From: Terriglobia bacterium
GTDB lineage: Bacteria > Acidobacteriota > Terriglobia > 20CM-2-55-15
DNA: 64,000 nt
NCBI GenBank assembly: GCA_965198225.1
Contig: CBDAOY010000006.1
Coordinates: forward strand, 32,001-96,000
Direction: 5' to 3'
Shown here: positions 10,421 through 20,633 of the stretch, piece after piece
Position numbering within the stretch: position 1 is the first letter of the stretch
How the letters are laid out: every line of letters starts with the position of its first letter
Translations under genes and position numbers: made by a program
Notes under the pieces: model-generated
Database searches by the model: none
Seen by the model: the letters and a program-made list of their open reading frames with translations, nothing else
What the model was told of the DNA's origin: nothing

Positions 10421-13074
10421 TCAGCTGCTACCAGGCCAGCCCTTCCTGACATGGATTACGTCGGAGCCGGGTTGTTCGACACCCTGGACGAAGTAGAAGC
10501 GAGAACCATCAGGGGATACGGCCAGAGGACTCATTCGTGGCACAAGATACGCGGGCGCACGGACGGAGAACAGCCGTTCCGGGCGTGAGAAGTTCAAGGT
10601 TCTCCCTTCGGCCCTGACCCGTACGGACCAGACGAACCGCATAGCGTCTTCGAAGTCCAGATAGGCGATTTCCTTCCCGTCCCCGCGCCACTGGGGATTG
10701 AGGCCGTTCCCAATCGATTGTCTGTTCTCGACCCCGCCTGGAAAAGGCTGGACGTAGATCGCACTCGTTCCGTTCTCATCAATTATCCCGTAAACGATCC
10801 ATTGGCCATCGGGGGAGAATCTCGGCGTATAGACTGTGTCTCCTGTGTCGACAAGAAGCCTATCGGTGCCCTCGCCAGCCCCAACCCGTGCGGAAGAAGC
10901 GGTTAAGCCCGGCCCCGTGTAAAGAATCTCGGTGCCATCCGGCGAAGTGTCCTCCGGGAAGCCGGCTGTCACCAGCCCCATCTGCTGGGGATCGGCCGAA
11001 CCGTCGACGGGGCGTTCGAAGATCCGCCACGGAGGCCCGTCCTCGACCGAGGCCAACCCGAGAAGGCCGGAGCCGTCCGGAACCCAGAACCAAACACCGG
11101 CTCCGAGAGGGTTGCGGCCGGACTGGTTCGGACGCAGGAGCCATTTGCCGTCGGCTAGCAGACGCGTTCCATCCGGCGAGAGAACGATTGAGCCCAGAGC
11201 GCCCTCTGGCCCGGCCGTCTCGATCTCGTTGCCCTGACGGTCAAGACCGTCACCTGAGCCAGGGCGGCCCGTCCTGGCCGCCATGCCAGCGTTCCGGAGT
11301 GCGAAACGGAAAAGTGTGCTGTAAAACTGGTGATACCCGGCATCGAGGCGACATTCTCCTCGACGAGCTCGGCATCGCCTTCCAGACGCCGCTGGTCGAC
11401 GTTCAGAGTCTGGGCATACAGGTTGTCGTTCCGGATGAAGAGGAGCCGCCCGCCGCCGGCCGGCGTGTAACGGGCTGCCGTCGTCGCCGGTAGCAGTCGG
11501 ACAGGATTGGTGGCGTTGCCGTCCTGGAACGTCGCCAGATAGATGTCTCCCCCTTCGTCTTCTTCTCTGTCGGAATCGATGGGCACGAACAGAAACATGA
11601 AGTCTTCACTGTCCGGCAGGAAGTGCGGATAAAAGAAAGCACCTTCTTCCAGACCAGGCACCTCCACCGGTCGGAATTCACCACCGGAGTCTCCCGTCGC
11701 GAACAACTCGAAAGAAGTTTCACCAACATGAGAAAGCAGGATTGTGCCGTCGTGACTCCACGTGCCGCCGCGAGTAGGGCCGATTGACTCCGCGATGGAT
11801 TCGGGCGCGCCATCGGGCACGCGAACCTTGATGAGGCCAGTGGTCGAGGGAAACACCACGTGCCGGGAGTCAGGGGACCAGAATGCCGCGTTACTGATCG
11901 GGATCCCGCCGAGTGGAAGGGGTTCGAAGGAATCGAGGGGGCGCACCCAGATTCCACCACCCGATTGGAACAGCAAAGAAGAGCCGTCCGGGGAGATCTC
12001 AGGAGTTGCGGCCAGGCCGCCGACGGGGCGAAAAGAGCTTCCGTCGGGAGGAAGGACGGTGAGCTCGAAGCCGGAACCCGGCCCGGTCGCCGGCATCCGA
12101 TCAAAGTAGGGTAGGTACACGAATAGGGCAATCAGCGATGCGGCGGCGGCGACCGCCCAGGCCACCCGTTCCCGACCTGGTCTCGAGCTTGTGAACTCGC
12201 GGTCGACTACGGCCGCAGCGTCCGCCGCGCCTTGGACGATCCACCTCAGCTCGCGCATCAAATCGCCGGCGCTCTGCCAGCGGTCGTCCGGGTCCTTTGC
12301 GAGGCACTGACGTACCAATCGATCCAACGCTGCCGGTACCAGCTCGTGAAGCTCGGACATGGGTCGCGGGTCATTCTGCATGATCGCAGCGATCAGGCTC
12401 GCCTGGCTCGCTCCCTCGAAGGCCTTCCTCCCTGTGACTGTCTCGTAGAACACGGTACCGAACGCGAAGATATCCGTCCGGGCATCGGTATCGCGGCTCT
12501 CAAGCTGTTCGGGGGCCATGTACTGAAGCGTGCCGAGGATCTCCCCTTCCACCGTCAACGGCTCCTTCTCTTCAACCGTGGACCGTTCCTCGAGCGAGGC
12601 TCGTTTCGTGTCGAGCTTGGCCAGACCGAAGTCCAGCAGCTTCACGCCCGACTTCGTCACCATGATGTTGCCGGGCTTGAGATCCCGATGGACGACGCCC
12701 TGCCGGTGTGCCTTATCGAGCGCGTCGGCGATCTGGATGGCGTACTCCAGCGCCTGATCGAGGTTCAGCGAGCCTTTCTCCAGCCTCTTGGCTAGCGTTT
12801 CTCCCTCGACGTACTCCATGACGAGGTAGTGGATGCCGTCGGCTTCGCCGATGTCGTGGAGCGTGCAGATGTGGGGGTGGTTCAGGCTGCTGACGGCCCG
12901 GGCTTCACGCTCGAAGCGTTCCCGGCGCCTGGGATCGTCGGCGAGGTGTTCGGGGAGAACCTTGATCGCAACGGTGCGGTCCAGGCGGGTGTCGGTCGCC
13001 TGATACACCTCTCCCATGCCACCTTTGCCGATGGCCCGGGTGATTTCGTAGTGAGCCAGTGTCTTGCCGATCAT
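10421..13074 (-). pseudogene. Kinase-propeller copy 6 (subfamily B); 1-nt frameshift near 11243
   Basis: 639 aa + 287 aa ORFs; QVTV joins DRQGNE in another frame, matching the QLVWFDRxG motif of paralogs. Confidence 0.8.
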
Positions 13075-13085
13075 AAGTTCGCTAA

Positions 13086-13147
13086 GTGTAGGTGCGGTCT
13101 ATGACCGCACGTCTTTGCTTTTGTGCGCTCATAGAGCGCACCTACAC
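13086..13147. repeat. REPIN
   Basis: Same arms with a short spacer. Confidence 0.9.
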
Positions 13148-13177
13148 TCGCTGGGATTCGAAACAACGCGCCGTGCT

Positions 13178-15826
13178 TCATTGGTTTTCCTCTAGGAGGG
13201 ATGTCCAATTGAGGAAGACCGAAATCGACGCGGGCACTTCATTGCGAATGGTTGGGACGAGGAAGCGCTCGCCGTCACCCGCTGCCGCGTACCGATTCCT
13301 TATGTCGAATGGACCCAATGGCGAGGGTTCCAGGCTCAGTTCGAACAACGTTTCCGGTAAAGCTGCCTCGAGTGTCGAAGAGGTCGTTTCAACCTGAACC
13401 GCCATCAAATTGGAATCCGGATCAAGGTAAAAAATCTCCGTACCGTCGCGTTTCCACCCTGGCTGTCCGCCGCCATCGGTTGAAATTTTCCACTTTCCAA
13501 GACCAGTCGGAAAACTTTGGACGTAAACCTCATGGCTGCCCGACTCGTTCGAGACGTACGTAATCCATCTTCCGTCCGGCGACAATTGAGCGTGGCGTTC
13601 GTCGAACAATGTCTCCAGCAAGGGCTCCGGTTCTCTGTCTCCGATCAACGGCAACAGCCACACGTCCCAGTTGCCTGCCTGATTCAACTTTTCGTAGATA
13701 ACGACCGGACCGTCCGGGGACCAGTCGGTCGGATAGATTTCATCGCTCGCGCTCAATAGCTCTTCGGCTTGACCGGAACCGCTCGACGATTTCAGGTTCA
13801 AAGACCAGGAACCAGTCTCTGTTGAACTGGAGTAGACGATCGAGCTGCCGTCGGATGCCCAGACGGCACTCTGATCGTGAGAATCCTGATCGAATGTGAA
13901 TCGGGAGGTTGTGCCCCGTGACAACTCCAGTAGCCACAAGTTCATCCCGGTTTCGGCGTGCCGCTCGATGACCACTCTTTCTTCGTCCGGTGAAAACCAC
14001 GGGCCATAGTAACCACTCCTAACAACAGGGCTTGCGGTGCCCAGTTCCTGTCCCTTACGGTCGAACCAAACAAGCTGGGTTGAAAGGTTGAGCTGACCAC
14101 TAGGAATCCCGGCTACAACTCCGTTGACCGATGACGAGACGGCAAGACTGAGGTCGGTGGCTATTGGTACGGGCTCACCTTCGATGCGTAGGTTTGCTGC
14201 ATCGAACGGAATAGCCTCCAGCGTACCTGCGCGTGCGAGCAGAAGGTGTCCCAGTGCGTAGTTGACGATCAGGAAACCGTCCATCAGGTGCGTCGTTTCT
14301 CCCGAATCGAGCGACCCGACGTAGACACCTGCGCCCTCGCTATTTACAGCGATATAGAGAAAATGGCGGCCATCAGGCAGGAAATGCGGCCACAGGTGTC
14401 TGTCTTCCCGCCTCGCCTGGTCCAGCGTTGTCACGGGGATCGCATCGCCGCCATCCTCTGACACTCGATACAGTCCACCTCCCGTCGAGATATTGTCTGT
14501 AAATACTATTTCGCCCTCTGCGTTCCAGGTCCCGCTCAAAAACGCGTTGACGGCGCACAGCGGCTGTGCCTGCCGAAGTTGCCCGCCGGATCTCGCAACT
14601 TTTTGAAGCATTGCCCCATCTGAAAAGCCAATGAACCGGCTGTCAGGCGACCAAAAAGCCATACCTACGGCACCTTCGGTTCCGGGCACGGGTCGCAACT
14701 CACGAGAGTCGAGATCGCGTAGCCAAATCTTGGAGCTCCCCGACTCGTTGGCCACGATAGCGATGTGCCGACCGTCCGGAGAGACCGCGCCTGGAAGGCG
14801 AAACATAAGTCCGTCAGGGGGTGAGATTTCGAAACGAGTCAGTGGCGCGGTCGATTGCGACTGGCGGTAGAGGGCGAATCCGAAAAAGATGGCCAAGATC
14901 GAAGCCAGCACCGTCGTCACGAGCAGGACGCGTTCTAGCAGCTTGTTTCGCCTCGTGACCGATGGGGACAACGTCGAGCCTTCATCGGTAATCCCTTCCA
15001 GCTGCAATACCACATCGTGAATTGCACTCCAGCGCCGGTCCGGATCCTTCGCCAGGCATCTCCTTACCACCCGGTCGAGCAGGCTCGGCACGCCGGTTCG
15101 CACGGACGACATCGGCGCAGGCTCCGACTGAAGAATTGCCGCGATGAGGTTGGCCGAGCGTTCTCCCTGGAACGCCTTCTTTCCGGTCACCATTTCGTAG
15201 ATCATGGCGCCAAACGCGAAGACGTCCGTCCGGGCATCGGTGTCGCGGCCCTCCAATTGTTCGGGGGCCATGTACTGGAGCGTGCCGAGGATCTCTCCTT
15301 CCACCGTCAGCGGTTCCTTCTCTTCGACCGTGGATTGCTGTTCGAGTGGGGCGCGTCGCGCTTCAAGCTTCGCCAGGCCGAAGTCCAGAAGCTTCACGCC
15401 CGACTGGGTCAACATGATGTTGCCGGGTTTCAGGTTCCGATGGACGACACCCTGTCGGTGCGCTTTGTCGAGGGCGTCGGCGATCTGGATGGCGTACTCC
15501 AGCGCCTGGTCGAGCTTCAGGGGTCCCCTCGCCAGCCGGCTGGCCAGCGTGTCCCCCTCGACGTACTCCATGACGATGTAGTGGATGCCGTCGGCTTCGC
15601 CGATGTCGTGGAGCGTGCAGATGTGCGGGTGGTTCAGGCTGCTGACGGCCCGTGCTTCGCGCTCGAATCGTTCCCGGCGCTTGGGATCGTCGGCGAGGTG
15701 TTCGGGGAGAACCTTGATCGCCACGGTGCGGTCCAGACGCGCGTCGGTCGCCTGATACACCTCTCCCATGCCACCTTTGCCGATGGCTCGGGTGATTTCG
15801 TAGTGAGCCAGTGTCTTGCCGATCAT
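13178..15826 (-). CDS. Kinase-TM-beta-propeller copy 7 (882 aa), catalytic loop HRN, probable pseudokinase
   Basis: Intact ORF; VHRNLKPGN (codon 15434-15436 = AAC) where paralogs have GAC/GAT. Confidence 0.9.
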   Translation of the reverse strand: MIGKTLAHYEITRAIGKGGMGEVYQATDARLDRTVAIKVLPEHLADDPKRRERFEREARAVSSLNHPHICTLHDIGEADGIHYIVMEYVEGDTLASRLARGPLKLDQALEYAIQIADALDKAHRQGVVHRNLKPGNIMLTQSGVKLLDFGLAKLEARRAPLEQQSTVEEKEPLTVEGEILGTLQYMAPEQLEGRDTDARTDVFAFGAMIYEMVTGKKAFQGERSANLIAAILQSEPAPMSSVRTGVPSLLDRVVRRCLAKDPDRRWSAIHDVVLQLEGITDEGSTLSPSVTRRNKLLERVLLVTTVLASILAIFFGFALYRQSQSTAPLTRFEISPPDGLMFRLPGAVSPDGRHIAIVANESGSSKIWLRDLDSRELRPVPGTEGAVGMAFWSPDSRFIGFSDGAMLQKVARSGGQLRQAQPLCAVNAFLSGTWNAEGEIVFTDNISTGGGLYRVSEDGGDAIPVTTLDQARREDRHLWPHFLPDGRHFLYIAVNSEGAGVYVGSLDSGETTHLMDGFLIVNYALGHLLLARAGTLEAIPFDAANLRIEGEPVPIATDLSLAVSSSVNGVVAGIPSGQLNLSTQLVWFDRKGQELGTASPVVRSGYYGPWFSPDEERVVIERHAETGMNLWLLELSRGTTSRFTFDQDSHDQSAVWASDGSSIVYSSSTETGSWSLNLKSSSGSGQAEELLSASDEIYPTDWSPDGPVVIYEKLNQAGNWDVWLLPLIGDREPEPLLETLFDERHAQLSPDGRWITYVSNESGSHEVYVQSFPTGLGKWKISTDGGGQPGWKRDGTEIFYLDPDSNLMAVQVETTSSTLEAALPETLFELSLEPSPLGPFDIRNRYAAAGDGERFLVPTIRNEVPASISVFLNWTSLLEENQ

Positions 15827-15837
15827 AAGTTCACTAC

Positions 15838-15899
15838 GTGTAGGTGCGGTCTATGACCGCACGTCTTTGTTTTTGTGCGCTCATAGAGCGCACCTACAC
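15838..15899. repeat. REPIN
   Basis: Same arms. Confidence 0.9.
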
Positions 15900-15941
15900 T
15901 TGCTGGGATGCTAAACAACGGTCCGAGTTGGGTGCCGGAGG

Positions 15942-18363
15942 TCATTGGTTTTCTTCGATGAGGGACGTCCAGTTGAGGAGGACTGAAATCGACGTGGGCG
16001 CCGCATCATCGACGAGCGTATCGACGAGGAAGCGCTGGCCATCACTGGTGGCGAGGTATTGGTTCCTGCCGCCGAGCGGGCCTGCAAGGGCCGTTGGTTG
16101 GAGGTTCGGTTCGAACAGCTTTTGTGGAGAAGCCACCTCCAGCGCCGTTCCACCGGTTGCAAGCTGAACGGCCACCAGGTTAGTGTCCGGAGCGATGTAG
16201 AACACTTCCTTTCCGTCACGTCTCCATTTCGGCTGGCTGCCGCCATCCGTGGAAATCTGCCATTTGCCACCGCCCGTCGGGAAAGTCTGCGCGTAAATCT
16301 CCGCTCGCCCGGATTCGTTCGACGTGTAGAGAATCCACTTCCCATCCGGAGAGAATTGAGCCTGGCCTTCATCGAAAGGCGTTTCCAGCAGAGGTTCCGG
16401 TTCTTGATCCCGCGTCAGGGACAAAAGCCATACATCCCGGTCGCCCGCTCTGTTCAGCTTGTCGTAGAGAACGATAGAGCCGTCCAAAGACCAATCGGTC
16501 GGACTAATTAGCCCGGTGGACTCGACCAGCTGTTCGTCCTGACCCGTGCCGCTCGAGGGTCTCCGATTCAAAGACCAGACGCCGGCCTTCTCGCTTGTGT
16601 AGACGATGGAGCTCCCGTCCGGCGCCCAGACAGGGTATTGATCATGCGAATCCTGGTCGAATGTGAATCGCGAAGTCGTGCCCCGTGACAATTCGAGCAG
16701 CCACAAGTTCAGTCCAGTTTCGGCATGCCGTTCAAAGACGACTGTCCGTTCGTCGGGTGAAAACCACGGGAAGTAGTGCCCGGCGTTGTCGGCTGCGGTT
16801 GCGGTGCCCAACTCCTGTCCTTCGCGGTCGAACCAAACGAGCTGCGAGAGGGTAACCGATCCCGCGGGAGTGCCGGCTATGACGCCGTTGATCGAGGCCG
16901 ACAGAATACCGCCCAGACCTGTAGCGACCGGTATCGGGTCACCGGTCCGGCGAAGTCTGGTCGAGCGCGGTGAGGTGTGTTGCCTCGCCGCCCTCCTCGG
17001 AAACCCTGTACAGGACATCTCCGCTCGGTCCAGCAGGTGCAAAGACGATATCGCCTTGAGTATTCCAGGTTGCTCCCACCAATCCGATGGCCGCGCACAA
17101 CAGCTTGGGCGAACCGCCGGCCAGGCTGATTGTTTGAAGCGTACTCCCATCCGAAAAACCGATGAACTGACTGTCGGGTGACCAGAAGGCCCCAAATGGG
17201 TACGCCCCTTCGGTTCCGGGCACAGGTCGCATTTCCGCGGAGTCGAGATCCCGCAGCCAGATTTGCACCTCGCCGGAAGAACGATCCCGTGCCGCTGTGG
17301 CGATCTTCCGTCCATCCGGGGACACAGCAGGTGGGCCGAGAAGGATGAGGTCTTCTGGAGGTGTGACTTCAAGGCGTCGAAAAGGTGGTTCCGTTGTTAC
17401 GGTCTGCCGGTACAGTGTCGAGGAGATGAAGGCGACTGAGAGAACCAGGGTGACAGCTACTAAGACCCTTTCCCGGGTCTTGGAGTCCCTCGACGTAGGG
17501 GGCGACACTCCCCCATCTTCTTCACGTATCCCGTCGAGCTGCAGAACGACGTCGTGCAAGGCACTCCATCGATCGTCCGGGTCTTTGGCCAGGCATCTAG
17601 TGACCACTCGGTCCAGCAGGCGCGGCACGCCAGTTCGCACGGACGACATCGGTGTATGTTCCGACTGAAGAATTGCCGCGATGAGGTTTGCCGAGCGTTC
17701 TCCTTCGAACGCCTTCTTGCCAGTGACCATCTCGTAGAGAACGGCGCCAAAAGCGAATATGTCCGTCCGGGCGTCGGTATCGCGACCCTCCAACTGCTCC
17801 GGGGCCATGTACTGGAGCGTACCTAGGATCTCTCCTTCCACCGTCAGCGGTTCCTTTTCTTCGACGGTGGATTGCTGTTCCAGCGGAGCCGACTTCGCTT
17901 CGAGCTTCGCCAGGCCGAAGTCCAGCAGCTTCACGCCCGACTTGGTCAGCATGATGTTGCCGGGCTTCAGGTCCCGATGGACGACACCCTGCCGGTGCGC
18001 CTTGTCGAGTGCGTCGGCGATCTGGATGGCGTATTCCAGCGCCTGGTCGAGCTTCAGCGGTCCCTTCTCCAGTCGCCTGGCTAACGTCTCCCCGTCGACG
18101 TACTCCATGACGATGTAGTGGATGCCGTCGGCTTCGCCGATGTCGTGGAGCGTGCAGATGTGCGGGTGGTTCAGGCTGCTGACGGCCCGTGCTTCGCGCT
18201 CGAATCGTTCCCGGCGCCTGGGATCGCCGGCGAGGTGTTCGGGGAGGACCTTGATCGCCACGGTGCGGTCCAGACGCGCGTCGGTCGCCTGATACACCTC
18301 TCCCATGCCACCTTTGCCGATGGCCCGGGTGATTTCGTAATGAGCCAGTGTCTTGCCGATCAT
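15942..18363 (-). pseudogene. Kinase-propeller copy 8; ~230 bp internal deletion with frameshift near 16955
   Basis: 474 aa + 476 aa overlapping ORFs; relative to copy 7 the segment between LDQ and LRxxGxP is missing. Confidence 0.85.
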
Positions 18364-18374
18364 AAGTTCGTTAC

Positions 18375-18445
18375 GTGTAGGTGCGGTCTATGACCGCACG
18401 TCTTTGCTGTCCTGACTTTTGTGCGCTCATGGAGCGCACCTACAC
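18375..18445. repeat. REPIN
   Basis: Same arms; one loop variant (CATGG). Confidence 0.9.
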
Positions 18446-18482
18446 GTGTCCTTTGGCTCGAACGAGGCTAAAAGTTAGGCCA

Positions 18483-18511
18483 ATACTATGAAAGAAAGAT
18501 TTGTCGGTCAA
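18483..18511 (-). promoter_or_regulatory. Putative sigma70 promoter for the kinase array
   Basis: Minus strand TTGACC-17 nt-TAGTAT in an AT-rich gap upstream of copy 8. Confidence 0.55.
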
Positions 18512-18591
18512 ACTTGGAAAACGTTTATTGGCCGAATTGAATCAGCCTTCTAACCCTAGATCGCGTGTGGATCTCTTGACGGACCTCCAGA

Positions 18592-18960
18592 CTACCGGAC
18601 CGACACAAGACTGTGATCGACCAGGATATCGGTTTCATCGAACACCAGGACCAGGCTGTATCTTTGTTCGCCACCCCAAGGTCGATCCCACCTGGCCGGC
18701 CTCCCCTGGAGTGATCTTCGGTGGGCGCCTACGGACTTGAAGGACTCATCCAGTCGATACGCGACAACGCGCCCGTTCTCGAACTCGGCGAACATCTCGC
18801 CGAGTTGCGCGATCACCGCCTCCCGACTGCTGTGACCATCTTCGAGGAACGAGATGGCGCTGGAGCGAACCTCCGTCGGATCTACAAGCCGCAGTTTCCG
18901 GGCGCAGCCGGTGATGTCGAGGAGTAACACGGCGCAGAGAAACAGCCGGATAGTTCGCAT
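18592..18960 (-). CDS. Lipoprotein, SmpA/BamE-like domain
   Basis: Lipobox ITGC; GHSSREAVIAQLG...LVLVFDETDIL pattern; GAGGA RBS. Confidence 0.65.
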   Translation of the reverse strand: MRTIRLFLCAVLLLDITGCARKLRLVDPTEVRSSAISFLEDGHSSREAVIAQLGEMFAEFENGRVVAYRLDESFKSVGAHRRSLQGRPARWDRPWGGEQRYSLVLVFDETDILVDHSLVSVR

Positions 18961-18974
18961 GAGATCCTCCTCGT

Positions 18975-19823
18975 CTAGTTGCGCGGTTCGTAGACGGCAT
19001 TGGGACAGTAACGCCGCAGATACTCGACCACGGCTGGAACACGGAAGACGTCCACCGCGATGGCCAGCGAGTCGCCGAGTGGGGTTTCCTCACTGAAGCG
19101 AAGGGCGTAGACGACGTCGCGATCGGGGACGTGGATGGCCCTCATTTGAGCAGCAAGCGTTTGCCGATGACCTTCCCAATTTCCCTTGATTTCCCCGACG
19201 GGTGTTTCGTACCGCTGTCGCGAGTACCACGGAGGGAGTTCGAACCCGACGATCTTGCCGGGGTCGATACTGAAGTTGCGCTGCGAAGATGTCCGATCTT
19301 CGAATTCGAAAGTGCTTTCACCCAGCGTTATCCGGGCAACCTTGTATTCGACCTCGTCCCAGAAACTGATCGGTATCGTGAGAGGAACACGAAGTTCGAG
19401 CGTCCCCCTTGGGCTTCTCTCCGGCCACGACCTTACCTCGCCGTACCAGCTCAGTACCCCTTCTTCATCGAACTCGATCAGCAGGTACTCCGTTTGCTCT
19501 CCCGTGTACCCTCCGTCCGCGAGCCCCATGACCGGGGCGGAATATGCGGCGCCCCCTACGGCGGCGAAGCCCCATCCTTGGATAGTCATCCATCGATAGA
19601 GCAGGTATCGCTCATCCTCCGACACGGAGTCTGGTTCGCCCAGTTTGAGCAGAACGGCTGGGCGGCTCGTCGTGCCAAGCTCAATGAACGCGAGCGCCTT
19701 GTCGTCGATGATTCGGCGGCTCTGGTAATTGCCCGGGACGAATCGCTGGGTCGGCATCCAGAAGAGACAACCCGAACAGGCAAGGCATAGAATCTCGATC
19801 GTTAGAAGTCTTACCGGTCCCAT
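18975..19823 (-). CDS. Lipoprotein, SmpA/BamE-like N-domain plus unknown C-domain
   Basis: Lipobox CSGC; GTTSRPAVLLKLGEPD...LLIEFDEEGVL. Confidence 0.7.
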   Translation of the reverse strand: MGPVRLLTIEILCLACSGCLFWMPTQRFVPGNYQSRRIIDDKALAFIELGTTSRPAVLLKLGEPDSVSEDERYLLYRWMTIQGWGFAAVGGAAYSAPVMGLADGGYTGEQTEYLLIEFDEEGVLSWYGEVRSWPERSPRGTLELRVPLTIPISFWDEVEYKVARITLGESTFEFEDRTSSQRNFSIDPGKIVGFELPPWYSRQRYETPVGEIKGNWEGHRQTLAAQMRAIHVPDRDVVYALRFSEETPLGDSLAIAVDVFRVPAVVEYLRRYCPNAVYEPRN

Positions 19824-20608
19824 GAGGGTGTCTCCTCTACCTGAGCTTCCGGACCGCGAAACTCGGGGACGTAATTGGGGCAGTTTCGCAGTATGTATCT
19901 CGCGAAGGGGTACGCGTCGAAGGCGTCCAGCCGAATACGGATGCTGTCACCGACCTCAGTTTTTTCGCTGAAGCCGAGCTCTAAGCAGAAGCCATCCGCG
20001 AGACTACCGTCATCTTCCCAACAGGATCGTAGCCTGACGATTTCTTCGGGTGAAATCTCGAAGCTGTTCGCGGGACCTCTTAACTCGACAGAATTCTTGC
20101 TCAGTATGAGAGTGGCCTCCTGATCCGAAGTTGTCTCATATTCGAGAACGACCGGTATCTCTAGCGGTCTCGATAAGAACAATTCCCTCTCGCATTCGTA
20201 TAGAACACGGTAGCGTTTGACGATGTCTTGTTCGTCAAACTCAATGACCGGGCCGTAGCTGCCCATATCCGCTCCCCCTTCCCACCAGGACCCGTCGGCG
20301 CAGTACCAGCTGTAGTGCAGGTAACGTTCCGTGCCTAGCGCCGAAGTTGGCTTGCCCAGCCTCGACACAACCTCCTCTCGGGTCGTTGAGCCGACTGTCA
20401 GGTACTCGTCCATCAAGCCCTTCCTGATGCTGTTCAACCCACCTTTCCTGAGGATCTCTATCGGAACGATCCGGTGTTCGGGTGGTGGGAAACAACCGGT
20501 CACCAACAGCGACAAAAGGACGCATGAGACGATTCCGAACTTTGTCCCGTTGGGAGTCGGACGGCGGAAGAGGCTCAGTTGAATTGTCGAAGGCTGCAGC
20601 GCTTTCAT
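19811..20608 (-). CDS. Lipoprotein, paralog of 18975-19823
   Basis: ATG at 20608 with GGAG RBS; LVTGC; GSTTREEVVSRLGKP...IEFDEQDIV; shared C-terminal FSExTxxGDS...CPN. Confidence 0.7.
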   Translation of the reverse strand: MKALQPSTIQLSLFRRPTPNGTKFGIVSCVLLSLLVTGCFPPPEHRIVPIEILRKGGLNSIRKGLMDEYLTVGSTTREEVVSRLGKPTSALGTERYLHYSWYCADGSWWEGGADMGSYGPVIEFDEQDIVKRYRVLYECERELFLSRPLEIPVVLEYETTSDQEATLILSKNSVELRGPANSFEISPEEIVRLRSCWEDDGSLADGFCLELGFSEKTEVGDSIRIRLDAFDAYPFARYILRNCPNYVPEFRGPEAQVEETPSWDR

Positions 20609-20633
20609 TGGATCTCTCCGCCTTTCTGTTAGG

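Noticed and set aside
11-18393. Recurring plus-strand ORFs (MIGRL..., MPSDVTLMLAG..., MDAVGFADVV...)
   Set aside because: Antisense shadows of the conserved kinase domains; they recur only because the kinases do
1-18445. Integron cassette array or diversity-generating retroelement
   Set aside because: No integrase, recognisable attC boxes, reverse transcriptase or adenine-specific template/variable repeat pair seen; only the cassette-like layout is analogous
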